DNA of 59,290 bases, the filler included, from Sphacelaria rigidula (lineage: Eukaryota): assembly GCA_964200075.2 (NCBI GenBank). It is 5 parts of 5 records of this genome, joined end to end, with 100 filler letters (N's around TTAATTAATTAA, not from the genome) between each part and the next. Parts side by side here need not be neighbours in the genome. Positions count along the whole stretch, not along the records: positions 47,514 to 59,290 come from CAXNAA020004519.1; 4 more parts are not named here. One strand, 5' to 3'. Both the position numbers and the translations under genes were made by a program. The notes under the pieces were generated by a model that worked only from the letters and a program-made list of their open reading frames with translations, did not search any database and was not told where the DNA came from. The number at the start of each line of letters is the position of its first letter. Within the stretch, counting starts at the first letter, position 1. Below are positions 49,331 through 59,290 of this stretch, piece by piece.

Positions 49331-50852
49331 GAAGATATCCACAGTACCCTTAAACGGCTGGACCCTTAGATGGATGCTGTAACAGACAACCGTTTAGGGG
49401 GGAGTGTCGGAAACACACACACACACTGTTGTTCTTCTAGTGGGGACAAAATGTCCACGTAGACAACCTTGCCACGCATGTAGTGCGCGTCATTATTTAG
49501 CCACGATCATCAATCCTCGCTCGCCAGAACAACAGGGAAACCATTGCGCTCATAGTAGGTGAAACACGAGTGCGGTCGACCAACGCACACAGCGATTTGC
49601 CGAACAGCGGAGCAACGTGGCGTATTTGGTGGAGATATACGCCCTAAAGGGGGGCGCATTCGGGTGTCGCTGGAGAAGGCAATATTCCTAGTCCTGTCTA
49701 TCGCATGGTGTTACGGACGGGTGATATCACAGGTGACCCTTGAGTACTAACTGGGGGGTACTTCAATCACGCCAAAGAGGTCACACCTTTTCAAAACGTT
49801 TGGTGCGAAAGAGACCGGTGTTGTGAAGTAGGCGTCCCTCGACGGCTACTGAACGGCCGTTACTTGAGCAAATCACAATGAGCACAATTCTGCGCTCATA
49901 GAAGGGTTTTCTGTTGAGCTCAGAACTTACTGGGGCGATTTTGGTCAACGGATTGCCTTTCGGGGACACCCCCAGTCCTGCAGGAAACGCTTTTTTGCTG
50001 CCTTCAAAGAACCCAGAGCAAATCTTCTGATGCTCTGGGGATCAACTTCTTCAATGCTCCACACCGTTGTGTAACGAGGTGATGGATGGCGCTTCTACAG
50101 GCGCTTGTGGGAATATCCCCCGTCAATTCCGCCGCGCCCCCGTGGTCTAACAGTCCGTCCGACGGTCACCATCAGGGTGGAGAGAACGTGGGGTCGTTCC
50201 CACCAGATTGTTGTTGTTGCTGTCTTCACATTAAAAACCGTTCCGATATCTGCGCGGTACAGTCTGCGCTGGTTGTTCAATCCGAGGTATCTGACTTCCT
50301 TCGTTGAAGGCGTGAGAGTATGTGTGTGTCGTCTTCCCATTTATTCCGGACGCCGGTCTACACCTTCCGGTGTATGTGGGCGCACCAGCCCGTCGGCCAT
50401 TTAAAGTCATTCTTTTTTCGTGAATACATGAGTAAAACAAGACGTCGTTCAGTGAGTTTTACTCGACGACAGGTGATGCGGTGTGGGAGTGCTGATAGTC
50501 ATGACCCATTTCGCGATACCAAAATGTAAGGCGTGTATCGGGGAGAGACGGGTCGATCCTTTGAGACCACGGACTCATCCCGAGAAGGGAGATGGGTTCA
50601 CATTGTGACAAGAATGAATGAATAAAGTGCGGTGGTATCGTTCACCTATCCCCCCGCCCGCTTGCCCGTCCGCCCGTCCGCCCGTCCTTCATAAGCCTTC
50701 TCGCTTGCCTTTCAGGATACTTTGCATTATTACGCTTTTCCGTTTGGCTACGGGTGAACGTAATTTGTAAGATGTGTGTACTTTTTCTCTTGCCAAGCCA
50801 AAACCGTCCCCGCAGAAGAGGTCCTTGTGGGATCGTCGACTATTCTAGTTGA

Positions 50853-51012
50853 CCCGTTTGGGACAGGAATCCCCGAAACATGTGGTTGAACGCAGGGGTC
50901 CTTTCGTCACTCGGTATCATCGTCAGTTGTCTTCAAATAGATATTATCCAGATTCACAAAAAAAGCCCCTGCGTGCAAACACCATGTCTCTGGGAGTCCG
51001 GTCCCAACAGGG
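50853..51012. mobile_element. piggyBac-like MITE (~160 bp)
   Basis: TTGA|CCCGTTTGGGAC...GTCCCAACAGGG|TTGA, with a non-canonical 4-bp duplication. Confidence 0.65.
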
Positions 51013-51603
51013 TTGAACACGCACTTTTTGTTGCCCGCTCGATATCAGGGGTTTTATTCTCTTTCAATGCTTTGGCTGGGGGCGGAATTCGATGCCGGAG
51101 ACCCGCTTCTCATGAAGGATAGTCGTATGACATGGTGTCTGTCGCTAATGTGAAAAGATGATGAGTCCTCCGACACTCTGTGGTGCGAACATTTGCCCTT
51201 TTTTGTGATATCTAAAAGTGTGCATTTTTTTTTCAAATCCAAAGATGCGTGCAAAAAACATGGCTGTAAAATAACCACGACGGACAACTCGAAGGCGAAA
51301 GTGTTCCGTGCCTTTTTATATCGTTTAGTATAAATAATGATTGTTTTGTATTTCCCTCGTCAAGAAAATAAAATTCGACAATCCAACCATCCATTCTCAT
51401 CCAACCAACCAATTGATGAATCAATTATTTGATTATGGTGACGAGAATAATGAAGTAAGTAGTGTTTGTTAGGATATGGTTTTAATTTTATATCAAATGA
51501 AACAAATTGATAAAAATAAATAGTTTGTCTCATCACTGCGCTGCCATCCGCGTCCTTCCCCATACGTGATCTGTCGGCTGTTTTGTGCGCTGTGTTCCTG
51601 CAG

Positions 51604-51735
51604 GGAACGCGTACCTGGCTGTCAAGGACTACACGACGGCCATCAGCTGTTTCGAAATGGCTCTTAAGACGTTCCCCGGGAGTGACTACGAGGATATTTA
51701 TCTTTCCAACCGCGCTACTGCTCTGTTCAGACTGG
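51604..51735 (+). CDS. TPR-containing protein, internal exon
   Basis: CTGCAG acceptor and GTGAGT donor. Translates GNAYLAVKDYTTAISCFEMALKTFP...YLSNRATALFRL (TPR consensus). Confidence 0.85.
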
Positions 51736-52158
51736 GTGAGTACTGTACTCGTACCTAGCCCGTGTTGGAAGGAAGGACGAACTCGGTTCTGCCCAGTCCT
51801 TTACGCCGTCGCGTTTTCGGAAAGACACGCTGGCAGCGGCAAAAACCAAATCAGCGTTGAGAGGGAGGGAATAATACCTGTCAGTTGCAGTGTTTCATTT
51901 TTTTGCCACTGGCGCAAAAAAGTGGCGATCGGAAGGGTTGATCGGCCCTCCGGAGGGTCTTGCAATTTATATCCCAACTCTGATGCCCACGACGTGATAT
52001 GTACAATAGCACGCGACTTCAGTATATATGTTCCAAAATATTTGCGGGGTAGTCACCTTGCTCCGCCGCCCATCCCCACACCCCATGCTGCGTCCCCTCC
52101 GTTGCCCTCATTTGACCGCCCCTGCTCTCCCGTTAAATGCCCGCTCGAACATCGTCAG

Positions 52159-53075
52159 GAGATTATGCGGCGGCCGCAGAGGACTTTCGACGTGCAAGTG
52201 AACTTGGACCGACCAGACACCTACACTTCACGTGCCTGGGCAAGGTGTACCTTCGATTGGGAGGGCACGCGCAGGAGGCTCTGGAAGCCTTGAATCGGTC
52301 CCTCGAAATAGAGCCCGCCTCAAACAACGCTGTGGCGGTCGATCTCCGGGAAAGGGCGGTGGCGGCGTTAGAAAGGGCCAGAGCGAAGAAGCAGGACGCC
52401 TTGCTGCGGGGCATCATGCAGCACGGGCGACACTACCGGGGCAAGGAAGGTGGAGGAGAGTCGGAAAGCGACGTTGCGTCCGGATATGACGACTGTGACG
52501 ACCGCGACGAGCGGGACAGTATCTTAAGCTCGAGCACCTCTACTAGCACCACTAGCGGCTGGGGAATCCCGCCGAGCTTGCCTCCACACCTGCTGATGGC
52601 CGGGTCCATCCCGGTGAGCGCCAGCGGTCCAACCATCACGACCGTTAGGCGTCGGGGCCCGTCTACCCCTTCGAGGTCGAGGTCCGTCGTGGGACCTATT
52701 ACGTGGGATCACGTGCGGTGTACGTACACACAGGCTTGCCCCCCGGGGGTGGCCGGACCCAAAATATCACCCGCCAGCGCTACCGAAAAAGTGACCAAGA
52801 AACTAATGCGCGAGAAGTCGGCGACAAATAACCTTCTGGATACCGGTGCGCCGGTCGGTTCTGTGGCGAGGGTCGTGGCCATCGTGTCTGCGGCCGAGCA
52901 AGCGGCACTCGATAAAGCCAAGGAGGAGGAGGAACTTCTGCCCGCCGCCTCGGACGATGGACACTCGCAGAAGGAGTATACTACACCACCGACTGGCAGA
53001 GCGAAGTCGTTCTCGCCGAGCTGTAACAGTGTGACCTCGAGCGGTTCGTCCACGGCGTCAACGAGTCCACCCACG
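52159..53075 (+). CDS. TPR-containing protein, exon
   Basis: Phase-1 join gives LFRLGDYAAAAEDFRRASELGP...LGKVYLRLGGHAQEALEALNRSLEIEP. Donor GTGCGA. Confidence 0.85.
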
Positions 53076-53343
53076 GTGCGAGACTTTTTTTTTTATCGAG
53101 TCGCGGGTGCACGTGTGGATGAATGTCGTCATCGCATCACCCGCTTTTGTTTTTGCTCGCTAGATGGATGTAGTGTTGTTTACCACCGTGCACGGATGCA
53201 CGTGTGAACGCTCTATGTTCACGCCGACTATCTTCTGCGCACACTGCTAAGAAGCAAATCTAAGGTTCGAAATTTTAGCCGCGATCGTACGTACTCCATC
53301 CTCCCCGTACCCTTGTTCGTTTTCTCCTCTCGTCTCCTCTCAG

Positions 53344-55379
53344 ATTGGTGCGTCGAACCCATCAACCACTACTGATTCAAACGCGCAAGAATTGCGGCCC
53401 ACCACCACCGACAAAAGCGAGCATGGCCGAGATGAGGAGGCGGCTGCCCTGGGCTGGACTATTGAGAGCTTCATGTCGAGATGGAGCGTATTCGGCGGCC
53501 CGGGTAACCCCAGAGGAAAATTATCAACGTCGGCATCGTCACTCGCCGTGAGCACTCTTGATGAGCAGAAGCGTGAGGCTGCTACAGGACCTCCGCCACC
53601 CGCAACGAGTGTAGCTCTAACCACTGCCCCGCTGGGAGGTGATGCCGCTACCGGGTCGTTCGCCGTCGCGAAACCACCAACGCCCGATGAAGCGGCGGAA
53701 TCAATTGTCTCGGGAAGCAAGCCTGTCGTTGACGAGCCTTTTTCCGCGACCGCACCCGTGCCCGGTGTCGCCGCCGCCGGTGAAGCATCGCAGCGAGAGA
53801 AAGCGCCGACCGCGGGTGACCCGCCACCACCGGAGAGTACCGTGCCGTCGTTGAAAGCGAGGCGGCTTAGTGCTGACCCTCCGCTGAAGGCACCGGAGGA
53901 CTTCGAAGAGGACGGGGGCGTCGCGGTAGCCGCGAAGATCAGCGAGATGCTCGAAGCAATCGTCAGGGCGAAGAATGACTTGGATCGACAATATTTTTCA
54001 AGCGAGGCGGAGGATGGGAGGTTGATAGACAGCGATGCCGATGAATCGCTGAACATGTCACGTCACGATACACGAACCGCGACCACCGTGGACTCACCGT
54101 GCAGCACAGCTGTGCCCACTGCTGCCGCTTCTGCACCCGCTGGTGATGGCGGAGAAAGTACAGTGATTGGTAAGGAAGCAATGTCATCATCTGGCGGAGG
54201 TTCTACGGTTGACGCCACTCCTTCTGCCGAGCCTCAGCCGTCAAACGATGGCTTGGATAAAGGGCACCCCGCCGCGGAAGAAGCTCCCACCGGAGCCACT
54301 GCTGCCACCGCTAAACGTGGCACCACTACCGGAGAATGTCTGCTCGGTAACAGTCGGGACTCTCATCCCACCGCTCTGCGTGTACGCAGGTTTGTACCGC
54401 CTCTGGTGTTCAATAGTTCTGCCTCTGTTCCGATAGCCGCACAGTCGCCGGTTCTTTCGTCAACGATGTCGTCGACGGTATCGTCAGATGGGAGGGCGGC
54501 GGTCTACGACAGGTGGAGCAACCTGCCGAGTGTTGCGCTAGAGGCCATTGCCGCTGGCGCGGCACCCGTGAAGTGGGGGAGGGAGGGAGCCGAGGAGCGG
54601 GCACGCCGAAGGCTTGGGGAACGGAGCAGGGAGAGCTCCACGTGTACGTGGGATACCACAGCTGGGACAAATGAGGAGGTGACGGGTACTGCCTCGACCG
54701 GCGGCGGCGGTAGTAGCCACGCTGGTGGATATTCGGAGTCTGCCGTGCGGTACTCCGAAGAGGATGACGAAGAGCACAAGGATGACGAGGTGGGTGGAGT
54801 AAGAGGCGGGATCTGGACCGGGGTGGGAGCTGAAAGAAGCGCCGGGGAGACTCCGGATGGAGCGGTGGCAGCGGTGGCAAGACGTGAGGGTATGTCGACC
54901 GCTCACGGGGGCCATTCGGGAATTCCCGATGTAACTATGGTGGACGTTTACGAGAACGCGGGGGAAGATAATGGCCACCGAAAAGCCAGCCCCGCGAGCT
55001 ACGTCAGAACAACTTGTAAGCACGAAGGCACCTGGCAAGGAGAGGATCTCGCGATGACATCGCCTACTTCACGATGTGACCGCGCGGTGCTCTCTATGGA
55101 GCCCGCACCTGGAGGTTATAACACGGGTTCTAGTAGAAGTATTCATGCACGTAGCTTTAGCCGGGGCTCATCCCTGTCGCTGTTTTCCAGTTGCCGCGGT
55201 GGGGACGCGGCTGTTGTCCGGGAAGAGGGCGAATGTCTGGTTCGGGATGGGGAGCCGCAGGTGGCGTTCAGTCGCGGCAATGGCGGCGATGAAGGTGCAA
55301 TGTCGATGTTCGTGGACGCGGAACAGTGGCAGCAGACGCGGCCGAAGGAGCGGGGTTGGCGACGTAGCTGGCGTGGGAG
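53344..55379 (+). CDS. TPR-containing protein, large low-complexity exon
   Basis: Polypyrimidine tract plus CAG acceptor, in frame with ORF 53392-55383. The GAG|GTGAGG donor overlaps the apparent stop. Confidence 0.8.
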
Positions 55380-55590
55380 GTGAGGCATGATGGACGAATC
55401 GACGACCAATTTTTTTATGTCAGATTTTTTCAGGGAGTGAAAGAAACACGTCGTGGACAACTCTGATCGGGTTTTCTGCTCAAGTGTAAGATCATACATG
55501 CCGTTACTCGCAGCAGTTCAGTCCTGAGAATCCTGGGAAGAGAATTCCCATGACTTGGACCACAGTCAAGGATGTCAAGGATTTACAGAG

Positions 55591-55621
55591 AACATGCACA
55601 CACACACACACACACACACAC
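55591..55621. repeat. (CA)n microsatellite
   Basis: About 12 CA units. Confidence 0.9.
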
Positions 55622-55959
55622 TATTAAGCTGAAAAATCTATCTTGTTTTCCATTTATTGCATCTTGTTTTTGGCCCTGCGTATGCTGCAGCCGAACAGAA
55701 TAGCATCATGTTGCGCGATAAGGAATCATACCCTGGACAATAGAATACGCGGTCAAAAAATGTACTGCGTATTCTATTGTCCAGGGTATGTAAGGAATGC
55801 GTAAAGAGAGATGAAAAACAATCAACCGATGCCCAAATCATCGGTCTCGTGAGTCAGTGGAGTTTATGGAAGTCATTGCACGGCTTGTGCGATAAGCCTA
55901 TGTGCATGTATTCTGTACTCCCGGCCCTTCCCCCCCCACCTCTATTTCGGATGACAGCA

Positions 55960-57665
55960 TATCTGCATGGCCCAATTGACGCGGCGAAAAAAATGAAACT
56001 GCGATTTCGGGGTGGGAGACCTGAACTTGCTAGAAAGAAGAGAGGTACCAGTAGTCGAGAGGACAAGGAATGAGATGCACAGGATTGCCCCTGCGGCAAA
56101 ACAATAGAGCGAGGGTCGGAAGAATCATCGCTGGTTCGAATGACAGAATGTACCACATGAACACATTAACCGTGGATCGGAAGAAGTCTCCACTAAAAAT
56201 TTGCGCTATTCCACGTTCCTAGGGTGCGCGTATCTGGGGTGCAACGCTGAAGATCGTACGGTACGAATCAGTTACACTAAAAGCAAGTCGTTTTCAGATG
56301 AATCATTAATTCACCCGACCCTTGCAAAAGAGAGTAGAACTCATACAGCAGCAGAATGTTACGTATACAAGGAGAAACGGGACGTGCTCGAGGGGGAAAT
56401 GCGGGACATGATCGAAGGTGGCATGAAACTAAGGGGGGGAAAAATGGCTATACTATACTGGGAGATAGATGGTGGCCACAGAAGGCGAAACAGGACGGGT
56501 ATTAGATACGTGAACGGCTTTCGTATAGTGTATGGAAGGAATGTGATGAGCACCGAAATGTTGGAGATGTCTCTATTCTAATAGGAACGGTGCTCCTTCT
56601 CGGAAGGGATGCGTGGTCAATGGTCAAACGACCGAGGCAAGCAACAAATGAGTACGCCCCACTCCCTATTGGGTTCGTGTCGGTTGGCAATGGCGCTGTA
56701 AAACACGCCACTCGCTGCATAAGCTAGGTAAGCAGGTTACCTTTTGTTTTTTGGCGCGCCTGCGTTTTCTTTTCCGGTAACCATGATGGTGGTCGAGCTA
56801 GATGATCCTGTGCGGGGTGGAGAATCCGAACTCCGCACAAAGGGGATGCTCGTACTACCTAGTAGTTGAGAGTGTGAGACACCCATGAGGCAGTGTGTAA
56901 CCTGTGGCTGTATCTGGAAGTGACGATACCAGAAGACGAAGTAACTCATTGTCGGCTGTCATCCATGTGCACGACAACCAGTACGAATCGGGCCGAACCG
57001 AAGAATCTTAGCAGGATGCAGCTCACCTTTCGTGCGACTCGTCGAGCACATCACGGCGCTCCGCGCTTGGTAATTGCGAGCCCGGCCCGGCGAAAACCCG
57101 GCGTGCTCCGCCCATGCCTTGTAGGGATGCGAGGTCTACGGTCATATGACTACCTCATGCAACATGATGAGTGCACCCTTCCCCCCCCTCCGCCCCTCTT
57201 AGGATAAGAGTTCTGTCAAGTATGAGAGTAATGAAGCCACCCAGGATTTGAATCACAGTTTCGTGAGGGACGGGTTCATCGAAATTCACGGTAGTTACTA
57301 ATTGTTTACTGAAACATGCCCCCCCCCCCCTCTCCCGGGGATGATCGTACTACGTAGTGTTTGAATGTTGAAACACCCATGCCGTGGCTGTCTCTAGAAG
57401 TGGTGATACCAGGAAACGAAGCAACTCATTGCAGGCTGTAATTCGAATGCAACATAATCAGTTGGCTTCGGGCAGAACAATCTTGAGCAGCGTGCAGCTC
57501 ACGCTGCATGCGACTCGCCGAACACCACGGCACCTGGCGCTTGGTGATTTGAGTGCGAGCCTGGTCCGGCGAAAAGCCGGCGTTCTCCATCCCGGCTTTG
57601 TAGGGATGCGAGGCCAATGGTCTTTTTGACTACGGCAGGGATGATCATGAGTGCACCCCCCAACC
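55960..57665 (+). mobile_element. intronic array: LINE-like tail, follower repeat and two SINE-like copies
   Basis: Homologous to 445-952, 1030-1256 and 2922-3195. Confidence 0.7.
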
Positions 57666-57716
57666 CTCCTCTCCCCCTGCCGCTGACAACATACGCACCC
57701 GATGTTTTCCCTCCAG

Positions 57717-57918
57717 GCACCGCAAGGTATCCATTGCCACGTGCCCGGAGTCGCCCCAGATGAAACCGAAGGGCACGACGAGCAAGGCATTCTCAGGGGG
57801 GCGGAGCGGACGGCGAGGCGAGCGATCGGGGGAATCCAGGGACAACGACGACACCGCCTCGGCGCTATCCGCAAAAGAATCCTCATTATCTGGGTACTCG
57901 GCGGTCTCCTACCCTGAG
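57717..57918 (+). CDS. TPR-containing protein, probable downstream exon
   Basis: Branch-like GCTGAC and CCCTCCAG acceptor. A phase-2 join to 55379 gives R-HRKVSIATCPESPQMKPKG...YPE. Donor GAG|GTTGGC. Confidence 0.6.
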
Positions 57919-58027
57919 GTTGGCCTGGTGAGTTTGCCTATTGGGTCTAGACTTTGGGTTGGGATATATATATATATATATATAGTACTATGTATCTCAG
58001 GGGGATTCGCCGGTGGGCGAAACTGAG

Positions 58028-58167
58028 CTGTGTTGAATAAAACCCTCGTTCGTTTCAGTACTATCTTGTCCTGACGGCCCTTATTCCTGTAAAAAGACCA
58101 AAGCCCGGTCCTGTGTGGGACCAGACATCGGCGCTCGCCAGAATCAAGGGCCTTTTATTCAACACAG
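58028..58167. mobile_element. small MITE-like inverted repeat element
   Basis: CTGTGTTGAATAAAA / TTTTATTCAACACAG form a 15-bp TIR. No clear TSD. Confidence 0.5.
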
Positions 58168-59290
58168 AGAGCAAGTACACCTTTGACGTTGCGTTTGTAG
58201 AGTACATGACATGGCTCCAGGTGAGCACGAGCTAGACCTGCCTCAAAACTGAAATTTCTTCCACCGAACATATCTCAAGAACCGCGGCGACGAATCGCAA
58301 AAGTAAATATACCCCTGTGATCTGGAGATCACCAAGTGTGTGCTCCGACAGTTCCTAATGTAGTTGGTGGTGTCGATACAAAGGAAAAGGTCGTGTGCTA
58401 TAAATTTATAGAGTTGCGTACAGGGTGCAAACTGTGGTCTAATGGTCAGCCTTTTGCGCCGTCAGGCTGCAGAGAACATTGTTTCGATTCCCGCCACAAG
58501 CGTTTTTTTTTTTTTTTCCTTCAAAATATTTTATTTCCATCGTCGAAAATGTGAGAACGTCAGGAGAAATGGGTTGATCCCTCTGGAGACCACAGACTCG
58601 TCCCGAGGAGGGGGGAGGGATTGGCGTGTAAGAAAAAAAAGAGTGTTTAGCCGTAGTATACTAGGTCAAGTACAGCACGTGGCCAAATATTCTCCAGGAG
58701 GATTGTGCTGTCGGTTCTGCCACGTATGACAGCTATGATGTGTTGCACTTTGTAGCAGCCCCGTGGCTTCCGCGCTTCTTTCGGAACAGCAATATTGTCG
58801 AAGCCTCATCGTCACATGAAGGCTGTCGTACTATAATACGTGGAAAAAATCGCCCGTACTGCGTATCCTCTGTAGTGTACCGTTTTTATTTGCAAGTCAC
58901 GTGAGCATTTTGCGCCGGGTTTGGCACCAGAAAGATCCCGTAATAATATTGTATGTCGAATGAAGGCGTGGCAGCCAAGGGAGTGCTACGTGTAGTACAG
59001 AAAGTTCAATCGACGTGGTGGGAGTGCGGGACTCGTGCACGTGAATACCACCGGCCCAGCACGTAACCTCCCGCTGCGCTGACGTCCACGTTATTTCATC
59101 GTCCCATCAAAGCTGCCATACGTGGCAGAATCGCTGGCACTTCTCCCTGCCAAATATCTGGGCCAGATGTTGTACTCAACCTAGTATATTATCGGTACGC
59201 AAGTTTTTTTTTTGTCGCACTCTAACCCCCCCCCCCTGCTCCGTCTCGGAAGGGATGCGTGGTCAATGGTCAAACGACTAAGGCAAGCAA

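Noticed and set aside
49781..50530. Possible hAT C-terminal remnant or small exons upstream of the TPR gene
   Set aside because: Motif similarity is too weak, and no phase-consistent join to 51604 could be made.
58201..58220. 20-nt segment bounded by TAG and GTGAGC as a further TPR-gene exon
   Set aside because: Joined to 57918 it gives a stop after two codons. It cannot be distinguished from chance without transcripts.

Overview
Eukaryotic, intron-containing, repeat-dense scaffold with four N-gaps, each carrying a TTAATTAATTAA linker. Gene architecture and repeat style suggest a brown alga or other stramenopile (inference, not verified). Host genes: (1) a complete 5-exon Acinus homolog on the minus strand (SAP + RRM + RSB motif + Gly/Arg tail, about 741 aa by my exon joining); (2) a 5'-incomplete multi-exon TPR protein with a long low-complexity tail; (3) a possible F-box exon; (4) a large first exon of a probably secreted protein. 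Most of the rest is decayed mobile DNA. It includes a Ty1/copia element, a second copia-like gag fragment, a full-boundary Ty3/gypsy element with a 4-bp TSD and RT/RNase H deleted, and a 5'-truncated chromodomain gypsy. There are also at least six MITE families with diagnostic ends (piggyBac-like TTAA, Sola2-like GAG..CTC with 4-bp TSD, Harbinger-like, Tc1/mariner-like TA, a Chapaev-like foldback, and an ACGT-rich element) and a tRNA-headed SINE. Finally, a LINE-like and a SINE-like family share a 3' tail ending in poly(C). No prokaryotic-type system (CRISPR, operon) is present. The best novelty candidates are the poly(C)-tailed LINE/SINE pair, the tandem piggyBac-MITE stacks and the nested foldback element.
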